Notes: generated by a model from the sequence alone, not told the origin. A stretch of 64,000 nucleotides of DNA from Octopus bimaculoides (GCF_001194135.2 NC_068982.1:108176699-108240698), one strand, 5' to 3'; shown: positions 51,352 through 64,000, counted from the first letter of the stretch. Made by a program: numbers and translations.

Positions 51352-51700
51352 GGCGCAGGCATGGCTGTGTGGTAAGAAGCTTGCTTCACAACCACATAGT
51401 TCCTGGTTCAGTCCCACTGCATGGCACCTTGGGCAAGTGTCCTCCACTATAGCCTTGGGCCAACCAAAGCCTTGTGAGTGGATTTGGTAGATAGCAACTG
51501 AATGAAGCCCATCGTATATATTTGTATGTGTCCCCCCCCCCCACTTTCACTCGACAACCGATGTGTTTATGTCCTCATAACTTAGTGGTTAGACTGATAG
51601 AATAAGTACTAGGCTTACAAAGAATAAGTCATGGGGTCAATTTGTTCAACTAAAGGCAGTACTCCAATATGGCCACAGTCAAATGACTGAAACAAAAGAA
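51352..51700 (+). mobile_element. tRNA-type SINE (family A), near full length
   Basis: ggcgcaggcatggctgtgtggtaagaagc...ggttcagtcccactgc...gtgagtggatttggtag...gactgaaacaaaagaata. Confidence 0.85.
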
Positions 51701-52882
51701 TATATATCTAAAGAGAGACAGCTATTTAAAAATCCATGAGTCAGCCTTTTTTCCAATGATTGCCAGAGTTATCTCATTTCCTGGTATGAAACCAATTGGT
51801 AAAGGGGTTGATATGAGAATATAATAGTGTATAATAATTATGATAATAATAATAATTATTATTATTACTATTATTATTATCATAGTAGTAGTAAAACTAA
51901 AAATGTTAGAATTAACAAGGAATCCTAACCTTTCTATAAACAACAAACATTTGTACCATTCTCTGCTAGGAATTTGAAACCAGGATTTGTAATTTCCAAA
52001 AAAAAAAAAAATTTCAATAAACAACTCTCTAAATTGTTTGATGTCATCAAGAAGGTAGCCACTAATTTTGTTTGAATAGAAACCAAAAATGATTGAGTGA
52101 CATCAGCAAAAAATTGACCACTTAAATTTCACAATGCATCTGACAATGTCAATAGGAAACTAACCAGTCAGAGTTGATAGTGTCATCAGTCAACTGCAAA
52201 ATAAGTTCTAGCAAAAGGGAGCAGTAATGAGCAGACAGGAGGAAGGAACAAATGCAGCCAAGCATCACATTTGCTGTTGTCAAACATGAGCTGCAGTACA
52301 AACAGAACGAAACTACTGCTAACTTAGAAATTACAAAATGGCAGATGACACTTGCATTCCACTCATTTTTCTTCTCCCTCTCTCTCTCTCTCTCTCTCTC
52401 TCAAGCTCACATAAGTACAAAACCAGTCTACAGCCACTTTCTTTTGCTACTCTATAAATCCCTAGCAGATTGTCAGGTCCAGTTTGGTATTTTAGCAATA
52501 AACATTCTGGTGAATTGAAACTATGACTTATCATCCATTCACTTAACTCCAACCATTTGACTGTTAAATTAGTGATGCATTTAAGAACACTTACATAGCC
52601 AACAAAAATGCCTACATTTTCACAGCATGAGTGTTACCGAAGTCAAACATGGAACATTATACAGCTTACATTTGAAATATAGGTACACTGATATTTTACC
52701 AATCCAAACATCTGAAAAAAATTAAAAAACTTAATGCCTTCATATTGAGAAAACTGCATCAAAGGTTCTAGGGATCAGAAATGTTGCAAATTGTTTTAGG
52801 TAAAAGGACTTCTAAGACAAAAGAGTAGTAAGTCCTTACATTTTATTACTACAATGTAGTGTTTTTATAAAATCCAGTTATA

Positions 52883-53100
52883 TGAGGCAGATGCTGAAAA
52901 GTTCCTGGCTTTAAGGATATTTCAAAAAGCCTGGTTGGAGGCCTAACCCTCTGAGTTCTTTTACAGATCTTAGGAAAACTGAAGGACCCCTGAAATAAGT
53001 GTGTGAATCTAAGAGGGGAATATGCTGGATAAAATGGTAATTACCTGATCCTACTGTATTTTCTTTTACCCAAAGCCAAGAACTTTTCAGCACCTCCTCG
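52883..53100 (+). mobile_element. Internally deleted mariner element (218 bp)
   Basis: ta|tgaggcagatgctgaaaagttcctggcttt ... aaagccaagaacttttcagcacctcctcg|ta gives ~30-bp TIRs with a TA TSD. Internal aataagtgtgtgaatctaagaggggaatat reads NKCVNLRGEY, the mariner transposase C-terminal KC..L.G.Y motif. Confidence 0.85.
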
Positions 53101-54149
53101 TACAGACTTCAAAGCTTAGTAATTTTAGAGACAGTAATGTAGGTGGTGTTGGTAGTTGAATGGAAAGGTTGAGTGTGTGGGGGACGTGGAGATGGTGATA
53201 ATGATGAAGCAGAAAGAGAGGATGAACATGAAGGTAATGTTGGTGGTTGTGGTGTTGTTGGTGGAGTTGTGGACATGTAGAGCAGTAAAAACCAACAAAA
53301 CCATAAGACCTTACAAAACCAAAGTTAAGATACAAGAACTACCTCAATCTGAACAAAGGCAATATTCATGTAGAAAGCTGAGAAAAAAATATACTGAATG
53401 AGCCCTTGCATTTTAAAAAGAATCATATTACATGCACAATTTTTTTTTTTAAATGAGAGGGAAATTCACAGTTATCAATAATTCTTTCAAATGTTTGACT
53501 TTTGAAACTAGCCAAGTTTCATGAAGTTAAACTAACCAAATTTTGCAAAGGCTACAGTTGTTAACCACTCAACAACACATGAAAGAAAATATATCTGCCA
53601 ATCATGTCATACATGTTATCTTTCTATTGCTGGTCTGAAAATATACAAGTCTGTACATAATACCAAATATCATTATTCTGATTTGTATTTAACTGAGAAC
53701 AGACATGTGATAGCTGTGATAAAAGCAGTTTAGACCATCAGATGAGCTAAAGCATCATCTTTACTTTATAGCTCATTAACAAACATTAGTCATATATGTT
53801 TATATATATATATATATATATAACACATATATGTAAAAATATGAGAAAGAAAATGAAATTCATGAGACTCCTTCTTCATTATCATTGTTTCAACCCATTG
53901 TGCACCAGTACTTCACAGGTGAGATACTGTACAAACTATTGTGGTGCATCATAGATGCGGATGTATCAAAAGGCAACTCATTTTTTATTCACCATTTTGC
54001 TTATTTGTATAACAATCCATTTTAGTAGTTGTGGTGTACTGCACATCTATAATATATACACACATGCAAAATGGAGGTAGCAGAACAAATGTCAAGAAGT
54101 ATAGGCTTATCTCTCTAACCTCAACAAAGTCCAAAGCCATGGAATGAAT

Positions 54150-55380
54150 ATTCAGAAGGAAACAAATCATGTTCCTTGAAGAAAATGACTAGCTGACTAA
54201 ACCTAGCTTGGTTTTCAATCAGGAAGAAGCTGTCTGAGACAACTCTTACAGCACCATGACTGGGTGTTGAAACAGTTGCTCAACCACTCAGATGTGGATA
54301 TGATATATCTCGACTTTGGAGAGGCTTTTGATAAAGTTGATTATAGAATGATATGTCACAGATTGCAACTAGGAGAGTGGCTACATGACTTTCTGAAAGA
54401 TAGAAGTCAAGTAGTAATAGCCAACAGGGCCACTCCCAAAGAAACATAAATAGCGAATGGTGTACCACAGGGCATTGTCTTGAGGCCATTACTGTTCATA
54501 GTGGCCTTCTAAGATATGTCCTCAACCAAACAGAGAGCCAGCCTCACAAGCTGTGCATATGATATAAAAAAATTTTACAGGTACTACAAAACTCTGACGA
54601 TATCTTAAATCTGTAATAAGAGTTAGATGCAATACACAAGTAGGCTGAGAACAGCAGCATGCTGTTAACGCTAAAAAATTCCAAGCCCTATGCTATCAGC
54701 AGGCAAAGCCAAATGCAATGCAGACAAAATACACTGAACCATGAGGCATTGCAGTCCCAGAGTCACAATCAGTACATGGCCTGGGCAGTGACATGAGTAA
54801 TGATGCATCCTTCTATACTAAGATGACAATGAAATGCAGGCAGCTGGCTAGATAGATTCCAAGAACTTTCAAAATAAGAGAGCAGGATACTATGATGGTC
54901 CTCTAAAAGATATTTGTCCTAAGCTGTTTTGACAATTACTACCAACTATGGTCATCATCCAATGAAGCTACACAAAAAAAGGTAAGTCTCAATGGAACAC
55001 ATTAGCTACTGGAAAAGACTCAAAAGGTTAAGACTTTACTCCTTAAAATGATGGCAGGAAAGATAAATTGGAATGATGACTTGTCTCAAAGTTTGGTGCT
55101 GAAAGTTATACTAAAACCAGAACAGGGCACCATTGCAGACTACCAAATATTCCACCTTTGCCATCAAAATACAGGACCAGCTTCGGATTCAAGGGTCCTC
55201 AGCTCTTCAATATCCTCCCAAAAGATTTAAGAAATCTACATGAAGTGGATGTGGATATCTTCAAAATAAAACTGGATCTCCTACTGACGAGAGTCCTGGA
55301 TGAGCCAACTCCATGGCAGTAAATGTAAATGAGTCCAGTAACATCAAACTTCCTCATTCACCAAATTAAAGGAGGATTAA
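54150..55380 (+). mobile_element. Decayed CR1-clade LINE (RT to 3' end)
   Basis: VDMIYLDFGEAFDKVD (ORF 54264-54449), then ggtgtaccacagggc (GVPQG) and ggccattactgttc (GPLLF). The 3' part reads GPQLFNILPKDLRN. Confidence 0.85.
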
Positions 55381-56422
55381 TGAAGATATAGCAACACCAA
55401 TTGGCAGTGCCCCGACACGGCTACAGCTCTCAAGCTGAAACAAGTAAAAGTGTATAACAGTGAATATATGGTGCCCCAGCATGGCCACAGCCTTAGGGCT
55501 GAAGCATATAAAGGAATAAAAGAATATATATAACCTAAAACATATCTGCGTGTTATAACTATCTATTTCAGTGGAGTTGTAATACCGATGAATTCCATCT
55601 TGGTTTGCTTGACTTGATAACAGAGTTTAGTCATAGTTCAGCATCTGCCTGAAGGTGATCGACCAAAATATTTACAGATCGATTACACAACTGATTGGTT
55701 AATGAATAGTTCACATGGCATCCTCTGGCTTTGCCAGTAGTAACAGTAGAGAATGGAAATAGAGTCATAAATTTGATTAGGTAAAAAGTGTCACGTTTCA
55801 TTTTTAAATACTATAAATAATAAACGCAGCAATTAAACAATTATTTTAAAGCGCCGATTAATTGGCAAAGCATGGCTTGTACTCAATAACAAGTTTTATA
55901 TAATCGACATTACATACATGTGAAAATTAAAAAGAAACACTCTTTATTCGGTCATAAACAATGAAAGAAAACAAAACAAAAATCATTAAAGTTTCCCCGA
56001 TTCGTAACAATAATTGCGGTCAGCGCGAGCCAGTGACGGAGCTATTACGCATTCGCTTGATCTGCTAGAAATAACAACCTTCTCAAATCACACCCAACTT
56101 TCTTGGAAATTAGAAAAGGATAATGTAATCATAGGAAGCTCTAAAAATGGTTACAGCAAATAATGCTTTTGACCAGGCTTGGCCTAGGGCTAAAACAGCA
56201 TTTCCAAATGAAACAGTCAGCACCAAGATACGCTCTATTTTCTTAAATGGTAACTTTGTAAACATCTATTCTAAGAAACTAACGATTATTAAAACTTATG
56301 AAATTTTCGGTGGAATTTACAATTCAGTTATTGAGAAGAAGAGAAATTTCGATGAATAACTAGCAAACAATTTCAAGTTTTCGCCTATCTTCATACTACA
56401 GCATTATATTCGATTAACAACT

Positions 56423-56856
56423 NNNNNNNNNNNNNNNNNNNNNNNNNNNNNNNNNNNNNNNNNNNNNNNNNNNNNNNNNNNNNNNNNNNNNNNNNNNNNN
56501 NNNNNNNNNNNNNNNNNNNNNNNNNNNNNNNNNNNNNNNNNNNNNNNNNNNNNNNNNNNNNNNNNNNNNNNNNNNNNNNNNNNNNNNNNNNNNNNNNNNN
56601 NNNNNNNNNNNNNNNNNNNNNNNNNNNNNNNNNNNNNNNNNNNNNNNNNNNNNNNNNNNNNNNNNNNNNNNNNNNNNNNNNNNNNNNNNNNNNNNNNNNN
56701 NNNNNNNNNNNNNNNNNNNNNNNNNNNNNNNNNNNNNNNNNNNNNNNNNNNNNNNNNNNNNNNNNNNNNNNNNNNNNNNNNNNNNNNNNNNNNNNNNNNN
56801 NNNNNNNNNNNNNNNNNNNNNNNNNNNNNNNNNNNNNNNNNNNNNNNNNNNNNNNN
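56423..56856. other. Assembly gap (N run)
   Basis: Run of N followed by (TA)n. Confidence 0.99.
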
Positions 56857-59777
56857 TATATATATATATATATATGATTTTCTGATACCAAAATAAATTT
56901 TAGTAACTTGGAAAGTGATCACAAATCTAAACATAAAAGGGTTCTGCTTTTATTGTTTGAATTATTAGTTGACTAGATAATAATTTAGACCAGTGTAACT
57001 AACTATAATTTCTAAAATATTTCATATATTTTAGTTCCTTTCTCTCAGGCTATGAAATACTGAACGTTATTGTTTTTTATAGTTTAAACTCTTCATACTT
57101 ACTTGTTAATTTGCACATTCTGTGATTTCACAAAGAATTCATTAGGCACTCAATACTGAAATGTGAAATAAAATTGTTTAACAAAGAATTAGATACGAAG
57201 AAGAAGAAAAAACATTCATAACAACTGAGAATTCTAAGAATTAGAACTGAAATTGAAACGAAAATATGATATGCAAATCTAAACGTGAATGGGTGTGCTA
57301 TTTCATTTCAAGCCGGGCCAAGAGTGTTTATCTATAAAGTCATCGTCACCGTCGTCAACCGTCATCTGCCCCCATCCCACTGTTATCAGTGCTTCCTTTG
57401 TCTTCTGGCATATAGTAATCTCGCTATATGACTTGTCTTAATTTTGTGGAAAGCATTCTAATGCATTTTCGTTAATTTTCACATTAATGTTTTAACTTCC
57501 ACATTACACAGAAAACGAAACTAAAAACACCGGCACTGCTATCTTATTATACCGTTAATTTTGCCTCTTTGTTCGACACTGTATCCAATAGCAATTGTGA
57601 TATTTCTACCTTTGTTTGTGTGAGTTCAGCATGCGTCTTTGTGTGAAATATAACAGTTTGCTTGTTTGTTTGTTTTTTTAAATAATTGCATTTATCTTTT
57701 CAAAAACGGAATTAATTTAAAACGCACCTTCTTCTTCAAACTTTGTTTGATGTAGATTGAAATGTGCCCTCCTTTATGCAAGATTGTTTACGCATGCAAC
57801 TCAGAAAAATCGCATGTTTTGTACGCGCATTCGTCCGAATTAACCCCTCACACTTGCAAGGGAGGTAACTAAATGCTTTTTCTGTTCCAGTCTCTACTTT
57901 CACTTCAATATTTTAGTTTAAAGGAGGGCAGTATTGCACGAAATACCTAACAGTCCAGGAATCGGACCGGGTTACGAAAGCGTTGCGCTTCATCAGATCT
58001 TATTGTATAGTGGAATTCGTAACGCAAAGCGCATTCTATCTCCCATTTCTCTATAAACAATGCGTTCCCGAAAATATTACCGTAACGTGAGATTCCGTAA
58101 TACAATACCAAATCCCAATTCCCTTTTGATTTCTGTCAACAGGAAGTTAAGTTTCACGTTACGGTAATATTTCTAACGTTTCTTTAACGCGGAGGATGCT
58201 TGCATTTAGTTTAAGCCTTATCTATTTTAAATACATTAGGGATTGACTTTGCCTTTCGTTTGTAAGATTAGTACCAGTCGTACACTAAGATGGATTTTTT
58301 ATCCACACCTTTTCAGTTTGAAATGCAATTTCAAAAGATAATTTATCCCCTTTTTTCATTATTATCTCTCTCCTATCTTTCTCCTCTGTCTGTCTGTCTC
58401 TGTCTCCCCCACCCCCTCTCTCTCTCTCTCTCTCTGTCTGTCTCTCTCTCTCTCTCTCTCTTTTCTCTCTCTCTTCTTTTCTCTAAACAGTCTATATTAT
58501 TTAGTTCCAAGTAGCCGTAGTCTGAAACCACAATTCTTTAACCTGAGAGAAATTTCAGGACGCCTGGGAAAAGTTTAGGTTTCCAGGTCGAGAAATTATT
58601 CATCAATATTATCATTATTCGCATTGTTTTTTATTTCTTTCTTTTTTTTTTTCTTTTTTCATCTGCTAGATTTACATTCTTTAATTTCGATTGAAAAGAG
58701 ACTAATACTAAATTGCTATAAAGCTATTAATGTGCAATAAATTTTGTTGTTAGCAAGACTACTTTTTTAAATTTCATATTTGGGTGGGAAAACGGGATAA
58801 TAAACTAACAAAGAAGGGTAAAACGAAGGTTAAGAAACTCTGGTCCAAAGCATGCCAATCGTTATCAGATAACCATAGTCCATCCAGGAATACTTTCTTC
58901 AATGTATCGCCCCCACATTTATTTATTTATTTATTTATTTCAGACAGCAAGAGGAGAATTGGTTGCTATTTCTGAGCAGGTTATTAAGAAGTTTATTCGT
59001 TGGTTCGTATCAAGCATGTCAGAGTGTTATTGGACTGATGACAGATTTCCATCAGCCTATTGAATCATGAAAATATATTAAACTTCCTAACTTTTTCCTC
59101 TCTTGAAAAGAAAGAATGTTTGGTTGTCTGGCTGTCTATGTTTGGCCATTATGTGTGTTTGGCCTTTGTGTGTGTGTGTGTCTGTCTGTCTGTCTGTCTG
59201 TCCTCTTTTTCCCACTTCTTCACATATTAAAAACACTTGCACACAAAGTCAGTGCTGATTTTTGGATGTTGCAGTGTTAAATACACCAATAGTACACTCG
59301 GGTCCGAGCAAAAAATATAAAGAAAAGATATGCATGCTAACATTTCAAATGAGGATTTACTTCGGGAAAACAAAAACAAAATTCTTCCTAGATAGTATAC
59401 AGGAACCATTATCAAAAAATCTGGTGCATTATACCCTTCACACTGCGCGCATGTACACACATTCACACACCCATACATACACATAGATGTTCAGGTACAT
59501 ACAATTATGAGTATATATGCATTTGTTCTAACATACGTACACGCAGACCTGGTATGTAGTAACAGACATTATATGGGTGGCAGGAGGAGAGTTAGGTGGA
59601 CGTGGTATGCAGTTAGACTGTTCAGATGAGCAGAGGCCGCTGTAGCAGCGGCAGAATAGACAGTGAGGAGACAATGTGACTGTGAGTGAGAAGGGAGGGT
59701 AGAAGTAAAGAGAATTGTAACTTTGTGCCACAAAATAACCACGTGGCTTTCTTTCGGGTGCTGTCTAAAATGTTTGT

Positions 59778-59778
<1 letters not shown>

Positions 59779-59813
<35 letters not shown>

Positions 59814-59840
59814 GTATTAGTAGTAGTAGTAGTAGTAATA
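59779..59840. repeat. (TAG)n trinucleotide microsatellite
   Basis: gtagtagtagtag with occasional tat interruptions. It produces the poly-Leu in ORF 59569-60285. Confidence 0.9.
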
Positions 59841-60570
59841 GGGGGAAGCGATGGAAGTAGAGTGGTGGTGGTGGTGTCACAAATGTGAGAACAGTATTCC
59901 ATTGTGTCTCACACGAGCTTAATAGAGAGTCTGCAACTCTGACCATGAAGAGGAAGGTTAGTCTTGGGAATGTGATGTTTGTTAATATATTATTATGAGA
60001 TCGCCAAGAGGTACCATCAAAAACTGTGACACCCCACATTCGCGTGCATGTGCGCGTGTGTGTGTGTGTGTCTGTGTGTGCGTGTGCGTGTGTGTGCGTG
60101 TTTATATAAATAAATAAATATATATATAAATAAATAAATATATATATATATAATACAAATAATATGTGAGTATATGCATATATACGTACATGTATGTACA
60201 TACCTACATCTACATGTATATATAGATGCATATCTGGGTACAGGACGTCACAAAAAAAACGTGGACAAAATGAAAAACAGAACATAAACAGAGCACAGAA
60301 AACAAACAGGCCACATAGAGAATATTTCCTTCATCAGCTGCCCCGATTCTATATATATGCAATTAAATGTAAAGGTAAGATCCAAGGATCTATGAGTAGG
60401 AAGTTAGTAAGCTTCAAGCAGTCTGTAGAAGGTATAAAAACAACTTTCAGGAACAATAGTGATTTATTTGCGTAGAAGGTTGTACATTTTTCCCAAGCTG
60501 AAAAATGTTATTCTACAGTTCACTGTTAGCGACAGTGGTTGGTGTGTATGCGAATAGAAGTCTAGATTTA

Positions 60571-60879
60571 GGGAATGGAATAGGTAAAATCCAGGCTACA
60601 TATGTTTTGTTTCCTAGATAGCATAACCTCGGGAGTAGTAATTACTCCGCTAGCTACTCCTCAGGCCGAAGATACATACCCTAGTCAAATGAAGGTTACA
60701 TTGTCGTCAAGGGATCCCATATTAACTTGCAGGAGATTTGATAATGTAACCTTCATTTGACTAAGGTATCTTCGGCCTGATGAGTAACTGGCGGAGTACC
60801 CCTTGTTGAGTAATTACTACTTCCGAGGTTCTGCTAGTTAGGAAACATTTGTAACCTGGATTTTATCTACCCCATTCCC
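60571..60879. mobile_element. 309-bp palindromic MITE with TA target-site duplication
   Basis: TA|GGGAATGG...CCATTCCC|TA. Arms of ~140 bp pair almost throughout (tagtcaaatgaaggttacatt versus aatgtaaccttcatttgacta; tcaggccgaagatac versus gtatcttcggcctga). Confidence 0.85.
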
Positions 60880-60904
60880 TAATTTTGGATGTGTGTGTGT
60901 GTGC

Positions 60905-61040
60905 GCGAGCGCGCTATCTGTTGCAGTCATTGGACTGCGGCCATACTGGGGAACCATCTTGAAGTGTTTAGTTGAAGTAATCGCCCCGAGTACTTATTGT
61001 TTTAAAGTCTGGTACTTATTCTATCGGTGTCTTTTATTGA
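60905..61040 (-). mobile_element. SINE family A, 3' fragment, reverse orientation
   Basis: cagtcattggactgcggccatactgg...cgccccgagtacttatt...tggtacttattctatcggt. Confidence 0.7.
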
Positions 61041-61369
61041 TACATATATAGGATAGTTGTCATGCTGATGACCCCATTAAAGCAGAAATATATGTTCAAA
61101 ATTGTCCTCTTATCTCTAGATATTAAGTCTGTCCTTTTCTTTAATGGCACGTCACTTTCGGAAAATTCTTGATTCTTGAGATTATATCCCTTTCTCATAT
61201 GGGGCTGTTCTTAGTTGCCATTTGATAACTACAACACATCCTCTAGACGCGGAGATAATTTTAAGAAATCAGGAATTTACGTTGTTTGGTATTTTATATG
61301 CCTGCATCTGTCTATGTTATATATACATATATGCAACAAGTAAAAAGGGGCGGTATAATACTTGAAGAG

Positions 61370-62540
61370 TTTTGTTTACTCAAGAACGCAACTATTGCAA
61401 TATTAGTATCCGAACAGCGAAAGCTGCTTCTGTGCATTGTACAACCCTCGAGCGCTCTTCTTCCCAAACTACAGCCAATCTTTGCCAAGAAAAATCCACC
61501 ATCTTTGCAGAATTCTTTTTCTCATCTACTTTATTACAATCTGTGGGTAGTACCTTCTCGAAGAATGCTTCCACCTTAGCCGTCTACTTAAAGCCAACTC
61601 TACACAAAAACCTGGACAATCTCCCCCAAATCTTTCCCTTCCTACAGTTCCAGATCCACAAACTTGCATACATACATGCTAGTGTGAAAGTACCTCCATT
61701 ACATCAAACCAACAAAGTCACCGGCCCTGATAATATCTGTTCCATTACCTCAACATCAGCAACGCTTTCGACCATGTTTGGTACGCAAATCTCCTATCGA
61801 AACTACAAGCTGACTATTGGCTCCTTACGTCTCTGATTTCTTGGATCGGTAGCTTCCTATTCAGTAGCACTATCGCGATATGTGTTGACAGTGTTCTTCC
61901 CGTTCTTCGCTCAATCAGCTATGATGTTGCCAGGTTTGGTTTTATCTGCTACTTACCTCATTCCGTACCTCAATATATGAACGACCTACTTACCGCCGTC
62001 ATGTCCAACAACGCAAATAATACTACATTCCATTTTCCCCTAACCTTCCCCAAACATTCATCATCACACGCAACTTAGATACCCTCTGCCAAACTTGCGT
62101 TGATGCTATGAAGAAAGACCTCGAAAGCATCCTCATGTGGGATTATTCCAATCTTGTCTCAAGAAAACACAAACGCTATTCGTATCGAGAAAGCCTTATC
62201 GCTCTTCCCTCTTCACCTCTACTCACGAGTGGTACGCAAGTAGAGCGCTGATGATCGCTCCAAATGTTGGACCTCGCTATTGTACCTTGGACCATGTCCC
62301 AATGACTGGTCCTTCTCTTCAGAGTCAGAATATATCTCAGCTTCCAGCAATTATTGACACTATACGAAGCTCTTGTGAGGCCCATAACAAACTTTGCTTT
62401 CACATCTGGGACGGTGCTGCTGTTGCACACGCAGACGGCTTAGACCGCATCAAGAAAAAGGCCATCCGATTCATTGACATAAAATTCCTCACAGACATGC
62501 TTTAGCATCTGACCCACTGGCGTATCGTCTCCTCTCTCTG
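61370..62540 (+). mobile_element. Decayed CR1/L2-like LINE
   Basis: KVTGPDNI (similar to K.PGPD.I), atatatgaacgaccta (YMNDL) and HIWDGAAVAHADGLDRIKKKAIRFI. Frameshifted. Confidence 0.8.
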
Positions 62541-62796
62541 TCTATCTGTCTGTTTATCTGTCTTTTCTCCCCCCCCCCCGCTTTCTCTCTCTCTCTCTAT
62601 ATATATATATATAGCAATGAGAAAATGGAGGAGAATATGCGGTATCCATCGACTTGCAGACAATGTATTCCGTTGATTAATCTGTTTATTATATAACTAA
62701 ATTGACAAAAACCACAATTTGCAGATACTTATGACATACCATGTCATATTAACAATTAAGGTTACAAATATAAAGGACATTTAGCAATTGGAGAAG

Positions 62797-62832
<36 letters not shown>

Positions 62833-62980
62833 TCTACTTGTTTCTTTCTGTCTTCCTTTCTGTGGAAGAGCGTAGGCTCGAAACTTTAAAGACTTTTTCA
62901 ATTCCCGAGCCTTATACTAATACATCTGTTTGTTTTCTACAGCACCTGTCTTCGTCCTTTGTTTTTTGTGAATTCTCCCT

Positions 62981-63038
<58 letters not shown>

Positions 63039-63669
63039 TCTACCACTACTGTAATACTCTGCTCCTCGATGCTGGCTAGCTCCATGCAAACTCTCCACCA
63101 CACGTAATCGAATCACTCATCTCTCCTCTTATTATTACCCTTGCCCTGCACTAACCAATATGCCTACTCCTTCCTTCCAAGAACACCAGTCCTATGGAAC
63201 TCCCTCTTTGTTCGAGTCTTTCACGCAAGGCAAGACATTTAATTGTTCAAAGAACGTAAGCAATCTCGGAGGACTTGCCAAGGTCATGGAGACTGCCCTT
63301 GCACCAGACCTAACAGTTACATACATACATACATACATACAATTACGGGGAGAGAGGGGGAGAGAGGGAGAGAGAGAGAAAGAAAGAGAGAGCGAAAAGT
63401 CGAATTTGAATCATCATTCTGTCTACATGAACATAGATACATCGATACATACATACATACATACAAACATACATAGGTGTGATTTTATCGATGATATTAT
63501 TTCTATATTAATATTTACCGGCTTTTTTACATCACTCGATTAGAATTAAATTTACATAACAAGAATCTAATTTGTACCGCAAGAAAAACATCAAAAATAC
63601 TTTAATAAAGAGAAAGAGAACGAGGAATGCGTAATGTAATTTGAAAGCCAACTATCACGACAAATGAAG

Positions 63670-63810
63670 GAGTTTAGAACAAGAAAGGAAAGGAAAAGAA
63701 GAGAAAAAGAGAGAGAGGAGAAGAGGGGAGAGGGGGAGAGAGAGGAGAGGGGGAGAGAGAGGGGAGAGAGAGAGAGAGAGGGAGAGAGAGAGAGAGAGAG
63801 AGAGAGTGAA
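63670..63810. repeat. Near-pure polypurine (GA-rich) tract
   Basis: About 140 nt made almost only of A and G, including several G4-G5 runs. Confidence 0.85.
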
Positions 63811-64000
63811 ATAGAGATTGAACAGTAATAATGATACATGGTTCGTTCTACGATGAAGATTCAGTTGTTAGATCAACTGAATTACTTGCTCCTGAATTAA
63901 CATGTAAGTGACTGAACATTCCAAAGGTACGTGTACCCTTAACGTAATTCTCAGAGAGAACCAGCGCGACAAAATGTAATTTAATACATGCACGTATGTA

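Noticed and set aside
57930-57950. TATTGCAC (miR-92-family seed-like word)
   Set aside because: The 3' sequence does not match miR-92 family members as I recall them, and there is no precursor hairpin.
57961-58000. Minus-strand CTGATGA followed by a neat AGCG-CAA-CGCT stem (hammerhead-like)
   Set aside because: The stem is followed by TTCG instead of the invariant GAAA, so it is not a hammerhead.
59569-60285. Longest ORF in the track (238 aa, minus strand)
   Set aside because: Built from (TA)n, (CA)n and (CTA)n microsatellite translations (YIYI, THTH, poly-L). No coding signature.

Overview
AT-rich animal genomic DNA with many microsatellites and four N-gaps, three flanked by (TA)n on both sides and one on one side. 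The SINE, RTE and CR1 repeat landscape looks like an octopus genome; this is recognition from memory, not a database result. One protein-coding gene is supported. It lies on the minus strand and has two coding exons (35042-35134 and 33367-33469) that splice in frame to an N-terminal SAM (sterile alpha motif) domain: MPGPVERWLETFMCKQYADTFEAYGFKTLQS|VCQLQLHQLQGMGVAQEHCEKILENVHVLRQTLI-G. No convincing third exon was found in the 33 kb downstream, so most of the left half is probably one very large intron and the gene cannot be named. The rest of the window is decayed LINEs (RTE, CR1/L2-like, L1/Tx1-like), tRNA-type SINEs, several MITE/foldback elements (mariner, piggyBac-like, hAT-like, a TA-flanked 309-bp palindrome) and simple repeats. 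Nearly all entries in the ORF track are chance ORFs or repeat-derived. The most interesting leads are: candidate cryptic or cassette exons after the SAM exons, one overlapping an RTE relic; a uORF- and hairpin-rich leader with a perfect GTCACGTGAC palindrome; a ~330-bp tandem array ending in a ~160-bp foldback; inverted SINE pairs that could be A-to-I editing substrates; a CpG mosaic with orphan promoter-like islands near 48-50 kb and 57-58 kb; and decayed hammerhead-like cores. I found no clear-cut novel system; all of these leads are hypotheses.
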